Positions 1 to 9,650 are shown, counted from the stretch's first letter. The stretch is DNA of 48,471 bases from Bacteroidota bacterium (GCA_039815505.1 JBCBZE010000001.1:1-48471); one strand, 5' to 3'. Notes: a model not told the origin generated them from the letters alone. A program made the numbers and translations.

Positions 1-255
1 GCCACCAGGTTCGGTTCAGGTTGGGCGTGGTTATGCGTTCATAAAGGAGGAAAAGTTGAAGTTTGTTCTACCGCAAATCAGGATAATCCACTAATGCCGG
101 ATATCGGATGTGATGGTTTTCCGATATTGGGACTGGATGTTTGGGAACATGCGTACTATTTAAATTATCAAAATAAAAGACCCGATTATATCAGTGCATT
201 TTTCAATGTAATCAATTGGGATAGGGTGGCAAGCAATTACGCCGCCAATAAGTAA
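1..255 (+). CDS. Fe/Mn-family superoxide dismutase, C-terminal fragment (5' end outside window)
   Basis: Frame 1 is open from base 1 to the TAA at 253-255. The translation ...[28 protein letters not shown]...[34 protein letters not shown] carries the D-x-W-E-H-A-Y-Y metal-ligand signature. It is absent from the ORF track because it is truncated. Confidence 0.9.
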   Translation, partial: ATRFGSGWAWLCVHKGGKVEVCSTANQDNPLMPDIGCDGFPILGLDVWEHAYYLNYQNKRPDYISAFFNVINWDRVASNYAANK

Positions 256-277
256 GAATTTTATAGCACATTCTTAA

Positions 278-311
278 AACACCGCCCTTGGTATTCGGGG
301 CGGTTTTTTTA
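278..311 (+). terminator. Rho-independent terminator downstream of sod
   Basis: Stem ACCGCCC (281-287) pairs with GGGCGGT (298-304), followed by a T-run to 310, 26 nt after the stop codon. Confidence 0.8.
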
Positions 312-324
312 TGGTCTGAGGTAA

Positions 325-399
325 AATAGAAAAGGGCGGAGAAGTCTCCGCCCTTTTCGTCCCAAATCTTACCATAAACTTAACCTACTTATGCTATGG
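325..399 (-). ncRNA. Candidate small RNA, unit 1 of 3 (conserved 40-nt 5' block plus intrinsic terminator)
   Basis: Minus-strand reading is CCATAGCATAAGTAGGTTAAGTTTATGGTAAGATTTGGG, then hairpin GGGCGGAG-ACTT-CTCCGCCC, then a T-run. TAATTTAG (-7-like box, 412-405) lies exactly 5 nt upstream. Confidence 0.45.
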
Positions 400-530
400 C
401 AGTACTAAATTACTGGTATTGTGAGAAATAACAAAGGATTTTTAAGAAATTTTAGGGAATTGAGAAGGACATTTTTTTGTTTGAACGTGTCATTGAAGTA
501 GAAAATCCATTCTAAAATGCTGATTATCAG

Positions 531-605
531 CAATAAAAAAGGCGGAGCGTAGCTCCACCTTTTTTCCCCAAATCTTACCATGAACTTAACCTACTTATGC
601 TATGG
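531..605 (-). ncRNA. Candidate small RNA, unit 2 of 3
   Basis: It has the same 40-nt block (39/40 identical to unit 1). The hairpin GGTGGAGC/GCTCCGCC is fully paired only on the minus strand, where there is one G-U pair that would be a C-A mismatch on plus. A T-run follows. TACATTTG (618-611) lies 5 nt upstream. Confidence 0.45.
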
Positions 606-737
606 TTCTCCAAATGTATTGCAAAGTGTCACCAGGAAAAAAGGTTTTAGATGAATGCCGATATAATCGGTTGAAATGCCATTCCAAAAAAATAGATGAT
701 AAATGATGAGGAAAAAGCGTACAATTTTGAGCATCGC

Positions 738-813
738 AAAATAAAAAAGGTGGAGAAGTCTCCACCTTTTTTGCCCCAAATCTTACCATGAACTTAACCT
801 ACTTATGCTATGG
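738..813 (-). ncRNA. Candidate small RNA, unit 3 of 3
   Basis: The 40-nt block is identical to unit 2. The hairpin is GGTGGAG-ACTT-CTCCACC, with two base pairs covarying relative to unit 1, followed by a T-run. TACATTAG (826-819) lies 5 nt upstream. Confidence 0.45.
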
Positions 814-918
814 CGAGTCTAATGTAATTTGGGTTTGCTCCCCAATGGCCATAAAGACGATAAAAAGCACAAATTATCGATGAAATGCAAAAAATCATGC
901 ACTTTATCGATAAAACCT

Positions 919-2817
919 TCAGTACGCCCTTTGATTTTTTCCCTCGTAAAAGTTAATAAAAGCTCTATTTACTACTCTGTTACCTCCGGGTGTGGGGTAG
1001 TTCCCCGTAAAATACCAGTCCCCTAGATTCTTGGGACAGGCATTATGGAGATTTTCTATATTCTGGTAAATAATTTCTACTTCTGCATTGATATCCCTTG
1101 GACTTAAAAGCGCTCCGATTTTTTTGGAAATCTCCACAGCGGTAAAGGGTGCATAGAACTCTTTTACGTAGTTCACCACATCTTTATCCTTTGTATTGAT
1201 TTGCTTCAAGCACTTTTTGTAAATAGTGTCCACGATATCCATGGAATGTTTATCCTTATGGAGTGCCAAAGCCGCTCTAAATGCTATAAAGTCCTCTAAT
1301 TTTGCCATGTCAATTCCATAACAATCGGGATATCTTATTTGAGGGGCAGAGGATACCACAACGATTTTCTTTGGTGAAAGCCTATCCAAAATGCGAAGTA
1401 TACTCTTATTAAGTGTCGTACCACGTACAATACTATCATCGATGATAACCAGGTTGTCATTTTCTTTTACAGATCCATAGGAGATATCATAAACATGTGT
1501 TACCAAATCGTCCCTGCTGCTATCCTGTGTTATAAACGTCCGTAATTTGGCATCTTTAATAGCAACCTTTTCTATCCTGGGGCGTACTTCTAAAATCTCG
1601 TGCAACTCTTCTTTGGTGATTTTTGCCCCTTTAGAAAGAATTTGTTCCTCTTTTTTCTTATTGAGGAAGTTTTGAGCTTCTTTTACCATACCCAAAAAAG
1701 AAGTTTCAGCAGTATTGGGTATATAGGAGAATACAGTGTTCTTAATATCTCCACCAATTGACGATAGGATTTGGGGGAAAAGTAATTTACCCAATTCTTT
1801 TCGTTCTTGGTATATTTCTTTATCGCTTCCCCTTGAAAAATAGATTCGCTCAAAAGAACACGCTTTACGTTCCAAAGGTTTTAGTATTTCCTGCGTTGAG
1901 ACCTTACCATCTTTTTTTATGATGATTGCATTTCCGGGTTCCAACTCCTTTACGGCATCATATTTTATATTGAAAACCGTTTGTATGGCGGGTCTTTCCG
2001 AAGCGACCACGACCACTTCATCATCCTGATAATAGTAGGTAGGGCGTATGCCCGATGGGTCTCTGAGAACAAAGGCATCCCCATGTCCCAATAACCCGGT
2101 CATGGCATAACCTCCGTCCCAATTCTTAGCGGCTTTTCTTAAAATTTTAGCGATGTTCAATCGCTCTGCAATTAAGGGCGAAGCTTCTCTTTTGTTATAT
2201 CCTTCTTTTTTTATTTCCTTATAAAGCTTGGCAACGGCATCGTCCAAAAAATGACCTATTTTTTCCATTACGGTCACTGTATCGGCCATTTCCTTAGGAT
2301 GTTGCCCTAGCTCTACCAAATTCCCAAAAAGCTCATGAACATTGGTCATGTTAAAATTACCGGCAACGATAAGATTCCGGTGCATCCAATTATTCTGTCT
2401 TAAAAAAGGATGTACGCTTTCGATGCTGTTTTTGCCAAAGGTACCATACCGTACATGTCCAAGAAGTAGTTCGCCTATGTATGGGATATGCTTTTTTTGT
2501 TTGGCAACATCGTCAATATATTCGGGATGTTCCTTTAGTGTAGTATTTATTCTGTCGTTGATCTGGGCAAAAATATCTTGAATAGGCTGTGATTTCACGG
2601 AGCGAACCCTGCTCATATATCTTTCTCCGGCGGACATATCCAATTTTATACTGGCAAAACCGGCGCCATCCTGTCCTCTATTATGCTGCTTTTCCATCAT
2701 GAGATACATCTTGTTTACCCCATAAAATGCAGTACCGTATTTTTCTTTATAATATTCCAAAGGTTTTAATAACCTGATAAGTGAAATTCCACACTCGTGC
2801 TTAATGGCGTCGCTCAT
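919..2817 (-). CDS. purF: Amidophosphoribosyltransferase (long Bacteroidota-type PurF)
   Basis: 632-aa ORF. The N-terminal HECGI holds the catalytic Cys of a class-II (Ntn) glutamine amidotransferase. The PRTase motif VIIDDSIVRGTT is present. Confidence 0.92.
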   Translation of the reverse strand: MSDAIKHECGISLIRLLKPLEYYKEKYGTAFYGVNKMYLMMEKQHNRGQDGAGFASIKLDMSAGERYMSRVRSVKSQPIQDIFAQINDRINTTLKEHPEYIDDVAKQKKHIPYIGELLLGHVRYGTFGKNSIESVHPFLRQNNWMHRNLIVAGNFNMTNVHELFGNLVELGQHPKEMADTVTVMEKIGHFLDDAVAKLYKEIKKEGYNKREASPLIAERLNIAKILRKAAKNWDGGYAMTGLLGHGDAFVLRDPSGIRPTYYYQDDEVVVVASERPAIQTVFNIKYDAVKELEPGNAIIIKKDGKVSTQEILKPLERKACSFERIYFSRGSDKEIYQERKELGKLLFPQILSSIGGDIKNTVFSYIPNTAETSFLGMVKEAQNFLNKKKEEQILSKGAKITKEELHEILEVRPRIEKVAIKDAKLRTFITQDSSRDDLVTHVYDISYGSVKENDNLVIIDDSIVRGTTLNKSILRILDRLSPKKIVVVSSAPQIRYPDCYGIDMAKLEDFIAFRAALALHKDKHSMDIVDTIYKKCLKQINTKDKDVVNYVKEFYAPFTAVEISKKIGALLSPRDINAEVEIIYQNIENLHNACPKNLGDWYFTGNYPTPGGNRVVNRAFINFYEGKNQRAY

Positions 2818-2829
2818 TAACTATAAAAT

Positions 2830-2853
2830 TAAAAAAGCCCCGAGAACCGGGGC
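2830..2853 (-). terminator. Intrinsic terminator between the PfkB kinase gene and purF
   Basis: Minus strand reads GCCCCGG-TTCT-CGGGGC followed by TTTTTT, which is the complement of the A-run at 2831-2836. Confidence 0.7.
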
Positions 2854-2859
2854 ATGTGT

Positions 2860-3786
2860 TTATTGTAATTCAATATCAAATTGTGTTAACTCCTTAAATT
2901 GATGCAATCGCTGATCCACTTCTTTTTTATCCAAATTCTTTAACCTTTGCGTACCAAACTTTTCCACCGAAAAAGAGGCTAAATTGGAACCGTGGATAAT
3001 GGCATTCTTTAAATTATTGAAAGAAGCGTTTTTGGTTTGCGCCAAATATCCGGCAAAACCACCGGCAAATGTGTCCCCTGCACCAGTAGGATCAAATACT
3101 TCTTTTAACGGTAGCGCCGGGGCAAAGAAGATATGTTCCCCATGAAATAAAAGTGCTCCATGCTCTCCTTTTTTTATTACCACAAATCTTGGTCCCATTT
3201 CCTGAATTTTTGCGGCAGCCGTTACTAAGGAATACTCATTGGTCAGTTGTCTGGCCTCCTCATCATTAATGGTAATGACATCAATATGTTTTATAACTTG
3301 TAGGAGCTCGTCCCAACTATTGTCCATCCAAAAATTCATGGTATCCAAGATAATCAGTTTTGGCCTTACCTTCATTTGGTTGATGACGCTCATCTGTATA
3401 TTTGGGTGCAGGTTACCTAGCATGATTACATCGGCGTCTTTAAAATTTTCTGGGACAATCGGATTAAAATCAGCAAGTACGTTTAGCTCGGTAACCAAAG
3501 TATCCCTTGAATTTAAGTCATTATGGTATTTGCCGCTCCAAAAAAAACTCTTGCCTTCCTTTATGATCTCTATACCCGAAATATCGATATCCTTATTCGA
3601 TAATAAATCCAGATATTCTTGGGACATATCCCCACCAACAACGGAAACAATGGCGGATTTTACATTAAACTGGGATGCGGCCAGTCCTATAAAAGGTGCC
3701 GAGCCTCCCAAAATTTTGTCTGTCTTTCCAAATGGGGTCTCAATGGCATCATATGCAACGGTTCCCACAATTAAAAGTTTACCCAT
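2860..3786 (-). CDS. PfkB/ribokinase-family sugar or nucleoside kinase
   Basis: 308 aa. Contains the C-terminal PfkB signature DPTGAGDTFAGGFAGYL. Substrate cannot be assigned from sequence. Confidence 0.8.
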   Translation of the reverse strand: MGKLLIVGTVAYDAIETPFGKTDKILGGSAPFIGLAASQFNVKSAIVSVVGGDMSQEYLDLLSNKDIDISGIEIIKEGKSFFWSGKYHNDLNSRDTLVTELNVLADFNPIVPENFKDADVIMLGNLHPNIQMSVINQMKVRPKLIILDTMNFWMDNSWDELLQVIKHIDVITINDEEARQLTNEYSLVTAAAKIQEMGPRFVVIKKGEHGALLFHGEHIFFAPALPLKEVFDPTGAGDTFAGGFAGYLAQTKNASFNNLKNAIIHGSNLASFSVEKFGTQRLKNLDKKEVDQRLHQFKELTQFDIELQ

Positions 3787-3864
3787 TTATTTTAATAATT
3801 TGCTGCAAATATACATTTTTGAATACCCAATCCGACAGCTACAGGGACTAAATTTAAAGTGTTA

Positions 3865-4500
3865 TTACTTCCGTCCGAAATCGGCGGGGATTTCTCCCCA
3901 GGCTTTTGTCTCCCATTTAACAATTTTTGTACTATAACTATTATTTTCCAACCAGGTAATGCCCCGTCGGATCAATTCAAAAACGGCCTTGTTCTTTTTG
4001 GTTTCCTTTAGTTTGGTGTTACAGCTTTTTTTACGGACCCAACTCATTGCAGTTCTAGAATCCGTATATATAATTCTATCACTCTTACTTTTTTTTAAAT
4101 AGGCAAGTCCGTGTATTAATGCTAGAAATTCTCCAATATTATTGGTTCCCTGTTCAAAAGGGCCTTGTTTGAACAACTCTTTACCCGTCCGTGTATCGAC
4201 CCCACGATATTCCATAATTCCCGGATTACCACTAGATGCGGCGTCAACGGAAATTGATCGATAATTAGGATTTCCTATTTTTGCCAATTGCTCTTTGGAG
4301 AGGGCCATTTTTGAGGTTTTTTTCCCCGTATAGTCAGTATAATCACCGTTGTAGGCGTTCTTGGCCTCCACAAATGTTGGAAAAGATTTATATTGAGCTC
4401 CCTTAAAACCACTAATGGCAGCTTTACAATCGTCCCAAGAAGTATAGATGCCCGGGCGTTTGCCTTTCCAGACCGTATAAAATTTTTCTTTTTTGGCCAT
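3865..4500 (-). CDS. rnhA: Ribonuclease HI with an N-terminal hybrid-binding (viroplasmin-like) domain
   Basis: 211 aa. The N-terminal FYTVWKGKRPGIYTSWDDCKAAISGFKGAQYKSF is the HBD motif. The C-terminal RNase H fold includes SVDAASSGNPG, NNIGEFLALIHGL and IYTDS. The start overlaps the purN stop (TAATG). Confidence 0.85.
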   Translation of the reverse strand: MAKKEKFYTVWKGKRPGIYTSWDDCKAAISGFKGAQYKSFPTFVEAKNAYNGDYTDYTGKKTSKMALSKEQLAKIGNPNYRSISVDAASSGNPGIMEYRGVDTRTGKELFKQGPFEQGTNNIGEFLALIHGLAYLKKSKSDRIIYTDSRTAMSWVRKKSCNTKLKETKKNKAVFELIRRGITWLENNSYSTKIVKWETKAWGEIPADFGRK

Positions 4501-5069
4501 TACTGCTTCAACAAAATCCTTTCTATGATTTTTGGAAAATATTCATATTCCAATTGATGTACTTTTTTAGCAATGATTTCGGCCGTGTCCTGTTTTAAAA
4601 CTTTCACCTTAGCTTGATGAATGATGCCTCCTTCATCATAATTTTCGTTTACAAAATGTACGGTAATACCCGTTTCTTCTTCTTGGTTTTCCAAGACCGC
4701 TTTATGCACATTTATGCCGTACATGCCCTTGCCCCCGTATTTAGGTAATAGCGCCGGATGGATATTGATAATTTTGTTGGGAAAATTTTGAACAAGATTT
4801 TTTGGTATTTTTAATAGAAATCCGGCAAGAACAATAAGATGGGGGTTAAAAGCCTTGAGGATATCCAAGATACAACTTGAGTTAAAAAAAGCAGTCTTGT
4901 TAAAATATAAAAGACTGATATTCAATCTTTCACAACGCTCTATAACTTTGGCTTCCTTTTTATTGGTAAGTACGCAGACAACACTAATATTCGGATGGTC
5001 TTTGAAGTAATGCACTATGTTTTCAACATTGGAGCCAGAACCGGAAGCAAAAAGAACAATATGTTTCAT
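4500..5069 (-). CDS. purN: Phosphoribosylglycinamide formyltransferase
   Basis: 189 aa. Begins MKHIVLFASGSGSN and carries the formyltransferase motif IINIHPALLPKYGG. Confidence 0.9.
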   Translation of the reverse strand: MKHIVLFASGSGSNVENIVHYFKDHPNISVVCVLTNKKEAKVIERCERLNISLLYFNKTAFFNSSCILDILKAFNPHLIVLAGFLLKIPKNLVQNFPNKIINIHPALLPKYGGKGMYGINVHKAVLENQEEETGITVHFVNENYDEGGIIHQAKVKVLKQDTAEIIAKKVHQLEYEYFPKIIERILLKQ

Positions 5070-5228
5070 GCAATATAAGACCTTACCAGAAGTAAAATTT
5101 TTTGCGCTAAATTAATACTCTTGAGGCTAAATTGCTTAAATTACGAGACATTTTAACCACAAATAGTGTAATTAATCCAAAGTTTTTTATTTTTGCCAAC
5201 GATTTAAATTTTAAAAACCAAAATTATT

Positions 5229-5462
5229 ATGTCAGATATTGCATCAAGAGTAAAAGCTATCATTGTTGATAAGTTAGGTGTTGATGAAAATGAAGTTGTA
5301 GCCGAAGCTAGCTTTACAAACGACCTAGGGGCGGATTCATTGGATACGGTTGAGTTGATAATGGAATTCGAAAAGGAATTTGATATCCAAATCCCAGATG
5401 ATCAAGCTGAGAATATTGCAACAGTTGGCCAAGCCATAAGCTATATAGAAGAAGCAAAGTAA
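5229..5462 (+). CDS. acpP: Acyl carrier protein
   Basis: 77 aa. Contains the phosphopantetheine-attachment motif [16 protein letters not shown]. Confidence 0.95.
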   Translation: MSDIASRVKAIIVDKLGVDENEVVAEASFTNDLGADSLDTVELIMEFEKEFDIQIPDDQAENIATVGQAISYIEEAK

Positions 5463-5490
5463 TTTATGCTATCTTGGACAAGATTAAAAA

Positions 5491-5529
5491 TATCCATGCG
5501 GTAACCATGCTGCATGGATAATTTTTTTT
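5491..5529 (+). terminator. Hairpin plus T-run between acpP and fabF (probable partial terminator or attenuator)
   Basis: TATCCATGC (5491-5499) pairs with GCATGGATA (5512-5520), followed by ATTTTTTTT. Confidence 0.6.
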
Positions 5530-5568
5530 AATTTACACTTGACTTAAGAATTAAATAAATTGGGTTCA

Positions 5569-6819
5569 ATGCAATTAAAGCGAGTTGTAGTTACCGGTAT
5601 GGGGGCATTAACACCCATTGGTAATAATATCGAACAGTATTGGAATGGTCTAAAAGAAGGTAAAAGCGGTTCAGCACCGATCACCTATTATGACACTGAA
5701 AAGTTTAAGACCAAATTTGCCTGTGAAGTAAAGAACTATGATCCGGCTAATTTTTTTGATAGAAAAGAAGCTCGTAAACTGGATCGTTTCGCACAATATG
5801 CCCTAGTTTCTTCCGATGAGGCTATAGCCGATTCCAAATTGGATTTGGAGAAAGTGGATAAGTTCAGGGTAGGTGTTGTTTGGGGAGCCGGAATTGGCGG
5901 ATTGGAAACTTTCCAAAATGAAGTACTGAACTTTGCGGAGGGTGACGGTACCCCTAGATTCAATCCTTTTTTTATTCCCAAGATGATCGCAGACATTGCT
6001 CCGGGAAACATTTCCATTAAACATGGTTTTATGGGACCAAACTATACTACCGTATCTGCATGCGCATCGTCCGCGAACGCGATGATAGATGCTTTAAACT
6101 ATATCCGTTTAGGATATTGTGATGTTGTGGTCACCGGTGGAAGCGAGGCCGCCGTTACGATGGCAGGTATGGGAGGATTTAATGCAATGCATGCATTATC
6201 TACAAGGAACGAGAGTCCGGAAACCGCTTCAAGACCTTTTGATGCGACAAGGGATGGTTTTGTTCTGGGCGAAGGAGCCGGGGCACTTATTTTAGAAGAA
6301 TACGAGCATGCGAAAGCCAGAGGAGCTAAAATATATGCAGAATTGATAGGTGGTGGACTGTCTAGTGATGCCTACCATATGACCGCACCCCATCCAGAAG
6401 GTATAGGGGTAGAGCGGGTAATGCAAAATTGTTTGAACGACGCCGGACTTAAACCGGAGGATGTAGATACCATCAACACACATGGTACTTCTACACCCTT
6501 GGGCGATGTTGCCGAACTTAAGGCGATAACCAAGGTCTTTGGCGAGCACGCGGCCAATATCAATATCAATTCTACTAAATCAATGACAGGCCACCTTTTA
6601 GGAGCCGCTGGTGCCATTGAGGCCATAGCTTCTATTCTTGCAATGGAACATAGCTTGGTGCCTCCTACGATAAATCATACCACCGTAGATGAAAGCATTG
6701 ACCCAAAATTGAATTTGACGCTCAACAAGGCCCAGAAAAGGGAAGTTAAGGTTGCTATGAGCAATACTTTTGGATTTGGAGGCCATAATGCCTGTGTATT
6801 ATTTAAAAAAATCGGCTAA
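5569..6819 (+). CDS. fabF: Beta-ketoacyl-ACP synthase II
   Basis: Contains the active-site Cys in TVSACASS and the His motifs NTHGTSTPLGD and TGHLLGAAG. The ATG at 5569 (MQLKRVVVTGMG) is preferred over the track's TTG at 5560. Confidence 0.93.
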   Translation: MQLKRVVVTGMGALTPIGNNIEQYWNGLKEGKSGSAPITYYDTEKFKTKFACEVKNYDPANFFDRKEARKLDRFAQYALVSSDEAIADSKLDLEKVDKFRVGVVWGAGIGGLETFQNEVLNFAEGDGTPRFNPFFIPKMIADIAPGNISIKHGFMGPNYTTVSACASSANAMIDALNYIRLGYCDVVVTGGSEAAVTMAGMGGFNAMHALSTRNESPETASRPFDATRDGFVLGEGAGALILEEYEHAKARGAKIYAELIGGGLSSDAYHMTAPHPEGIGVERVMQNCLNDAGLKPEDVDTINTHGTSTPLGDVAELKAITKVFGEHAANININSTKSMTGHLLGAAGAIEAIASILAMEHSLVPPTINHTTVDESIDPKLNLTLNKAQKREVKVAMSNTFGFGGHNACVLFKKIG

Positions 6820-6827
6820 ATCAAAAG

Positions 6828-7565
6828 ATGAGTTTTACATCCAAAATATTTAATTCCCATCCTAAAGAAGATGGGGATTTTTTTTTGGGTATAACAAGGA
6901 TCTTAGGATTTAAGCCTAGAAACCTAAAAGTATATAAAAAAGCTTTTCTGCATCGTTCCGCCAATCAAAAAGATAAAAACGGAACCCCTATGAATTATGA
7001 GCGTTTAGAGTTTCTGGGCGATGCCATGCTTGGAACTATCATCTCTAAACACCTATATAATGAAGTGCCCGGTGGTGATGAAGGATATCTTACCAAAATG
7101 CGATCAAAGATTGTAAGTAGGGAACATCTAAATGAATTGGGAAAAGATCTTAACCTTATAGAGTTTGTACAGAGCCGTATCCCCAAATCACATTTTGGTG
7201 ATAATATTCATGGCAACGTTTTCGAGGCCTTGGTAGGTGCAATTTATTTGGATAGGGGCTATAAATATTGTGAAAGATTCATCAGCCAAAAAGTGATAGA
7301 GCCCTATGTGGATATAGAACAATTGGAAGGCAAGGTAATTAGTTACAAAAGTCTTGTTATAGAATGGTGCCAAAAACAGAAAAAAGCATTTCATTACGAT
7401 GTTTATGATGATACCGGAAAAGATACCTTAAAACATTTTGCGGTCAAACTTACCATAGATAATAAGATTATGGCGAAGGCCAGGGCAACCTCCAAAAAAA
7501 AAGCGGAAGAGAAGGCATCCAAGAGAGCCTATTTTGCATTGCAGGACAGAATGGATAAATCGTAA
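6828..7565 (+). CDS. rnc: Ribonuclease III
   Basis: 245 aa. Has the RNase III signature ERLEFLGDAMLG and a C-terminal dsRBD-like region. Sits in conserved acpP-fabF-rnc order. Confidence 0.9.
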   Translation: MSFTSKIFNSHPKEDGDFFLGITRILGFKPRNLKVYKKAFLHRSANQKDKNGTPMNYERLEFLGDAMLGTIISKHLYNEVPGGDEGYLTKMRSKIVSREHLNELGKDLNLIEFVQSRIPKSHFGDNIHGNVFEALVGAIYLDRGYKYCERFISQKVIEPYVDIEQLEGKVISYKSLVIEWCQKQKKAFHYDVYDDTGKDTLKHFAVKLTIDNKIMAKARATSKKKAEEKASKRAYFALQDRMDKS

Positions 7566-7675
7566 AAGTTTTTAGGCAACTCCAACGTTTTCGTTACTTC
7601 AGATGGATCTAAACCACTATATTATCTAGGCTGGTTTCTTTATTAATTATATATTTACTTTTTCATACTTGGGGT

Positions 7676-8137
7676 ATGGCGGTACACAAAATTTCAGAAG
7701 ATTTTTATGAAGACTCGTTTGCGTTGATTGCCGTGCACAGCAGTATGGAGGATTATGCCATGGCATATACCATTAATTTGCATTTAAAATGTAACCTACA
7801 AAGGTCACGTACAGATTTGGATGTTTCGAGACAGACTTCTTTCCCCATTTTTGAATGGAAGGATTTGGATAATGATGCATATTGGACTTTAATATCCAAT
7901 AATGGTAAAAAGAAGGAAGAAATCAATGAAAACGGTCTTTTTCAGGATCATTCATCGTACAGCATGTATTATTTGATTCCCGAGCATAAGGAGGTAGATT
8001 ATTTTTTAAAAATTGACCAAGAGAATATCAGTATTTCCGATACCATTATAGATTCTATACTTGGAATTCCACGAGTTATAATGGCATATACAGTAGAAAC
8101 CAGCACATTAAAATCTAAGAACAATTTAATCTTTTAA
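7676..8137 (+). CDS. IPExxxVDY-family protein (Bacteroidota-specific, function unknown)
   Basis: 153 aa. Contains the eponymous IPEHKEVDY motif and lies immediately upstream of pyk with a 4-nt gap. Confidence 0.75.
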   Translation: MAVHKISEDFYEDSFALIAVHSSMEDYAMAYTINLHLKCNLQRSRTDLDVSRQTSFPIFEWKDLDNDAYWTLISNNGKKKEEINENGLFQDHSSYSMYYLIPEHKEVDYFLKIDQENISISDTIIDSILGIPRVIMAYTVETSTLKSKNNLIF

Positions 8138-8141
8138 AAAA

Positions 8142-9584
8142 ATGCCAAGCAAGAAAAAGACCAAGATAGTAGCTACTCTAGGACCGGCTACGAGCAAAAA
8201 GAATGTGCTCCAGGATATGATAGAAGCTGGCGTGGATGTCTTTCGGATAAATTTTTCCCATGCGGATTACGAAGATGTAAAGGAGCGTATTAAGATGATT
8301 CGCGAGCTCAATGATGAGCTAGGCACCAATACGTCCATTCTTGCGGATTTACAAGGACCTAAACTCAGAGTAGGCGTAATGGCAGGGGAGGTGGTAGTTT
8401 CTCCCGGGGACGAAATTACATTTGTTACGGGAGCACCTTTTGAAGGAAGTGCCGAAAAGGTCTATATGAACTATACCAATTTTCCAATAGATGTAAATCC
8501 AGGGGAACGTATTTTATTGGATGATGGTAAGCTTATATTTGAAGTACTTTCCACCAATAAGAAAGATCAAGTAAAAGCCAAAGTTGTACAAGGAGGCCCC
8601 TTGAAATCCAAAAAAGGCGTTAATTTGCCCAATACCAATATATCATTGCCCGCCCTTACCGAAAAGGATGTAAAGGATGCTATTTTCGCCATTTCCCAAA
8701 ACGTAGATTGGATAGCTTTGTCCTTTGTTCGCTTTAGTCAGGATTTAATTGATCTTCAAAATATCATTAAGGAACATTCCGAACATAAGGTTCCCATAGT
8801 CGCCAAGATAGAAAAACCTGAAGCCGTAGAGAATATAGATAAAATTGTGGCGTATTGCGATGGACTTATGGTGGCCAGAGGAGATCTAGGTGTGGAAGTT
8901 CCGGCACAGGAAGTACCTTTGATCCAGAAGCAATTGGTATTGCGTGCAAAAAAAGCAAGAATCCCGGTCATCATTGCCACACAGATGATGGAGACCATGA
9001 TCACCAGCTTAACACCAACACGTGCCGAAGTGAACGATGTGGCAAACTCCGTTATGGATGGGGCCGATGCGGTAATGCTTTCGGGAGAGACCTCGGTAGG
9101 AAACTATCCGGTACAGGTCATAGACAAAATGACCAGTATTCTAAAAAGTGTAGAGGGATCCGACTTAATCCAGGTCCCACATGACCCGCCACATATTAGG
9201 ACAAAAAGATATATTACAAAATCTGTTTGTTACCATGCCGCTATAATGGCCAATGAAATCAAGGCTAAAGCTATTTCTACATTGACCAATAGTGGTTACA
9301 CGGCTTTTCAAATTTCTGCATGGAGGCCTAGCGCCCATATTTTGGTTTTTACCTCCAATAAAAGAATATTGACCCAATTAAATCTACTTTGGGGTGTAAA
9401 GGCCTTTTATTATGACCGATATGTTTCTACGGATGAGACTATCGAAGACGTAAATAAAATAGCTTGTCAAAAAGGATTTTTGGATGTTGGAGACATGCTT
9501 ATAAGTTTGGCGGCAATGCCCATAAAAGACAAAGGAATGGTGAATACACTTAGGGTTACGGAAATAGAGAGCTGTAATTTTTAA
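8142..9584 (+). CDS. pyk: Pyruvate kinase
   Basis: 480 aa. Contains KIVATLGPA and the active-site signature MVARGDLGVEVP. Confidence 0.93.
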   Translation: MPSKKKTKIVATLGPATSKKNVLQDMIEAGVDVFRINFSHADYEDVKERIKMIRELNDELGTNTSILADLQGPKLRVGVMAGEVVVSPGDEITFVTGAPFEGSAEKVYMNYTNFPIDVNPGERILLDDGKLIFEVLSTNKKDQVKAKVVQGGPLKSKKGVNLPNTNISLPALTEKDVKDAIFAISQNVDWIALSFVRFSQDLIDLQNIIKEHSEHKVPIVAKIEKPEAVENIDKIVAYCDGLMVARGDLGVEVPAQEVPLIQKQLVLRAKKARIPVIIATQMMETMITSLTPTRAEVNDVANSVMDGADAVMLSGETSVGNYPVQVIDKMTSILKSVEGSDLIQVPHDPPHIRTKRYITKSVCYHAAIMANEIKAKAISTLTNSGYTAFQISAWRPSAHILVFTSNKRILTQLNLLWGVKAFYYDRYVSTDETIEDVNKIACQKGFLDVGDMLISLAAMPIKDKGMVNTLRVTEIESCNF

Positions 9585-9607
9585 ATATAGGTGTTTTCAT
9601 ATGTATT

Positions 9608-9650
9608 AAAAAATCCCGATAAAATAGATTTTATCGGGATTTTGTTTTTT
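9608..9650. terminator. Bidirectional terminator between the convergent pyk and PAS genes
   Basis: ATCCCGATAAAA pairs with TTTTATCGGGAT, flanked by an A-run and a T-run. Confidence 0.75.

Noticed and set aside
595-789. 64-aa minus-strand ORF in the sod/purF gap, together with the 65-aa plus-strand ORF at 829-1026.
   Set aside because: The first runs straight through two of the repeat and terminator units and has no motif. The second overlaps the 3' end of purF on the opposite strand. Both are most likely chance ORFs in AT-rich DNA.
329-813. The three regularly spaced repeats could be read as a miniature CRISPR array.
   Set aside because: The repeat unit is ~70 nt and terminator-like, and the spacers are ~135 nt. 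There are only three copies, no cas genes are in the window, and each unit has its own promoter-like box. This fits tandem sRNA genes or a REP-like element, not CRISPR.
3239-3937. 232-aa plus-strand ORF antisense to the PfkB kinase gene and the RNase H 3' end.
   Set aside because: It lies almost entirely opposite two well-supported genes and crosses their intergenic gap. Its composition is S/L/I/F-rich low-information sequence typical of antisense frames.
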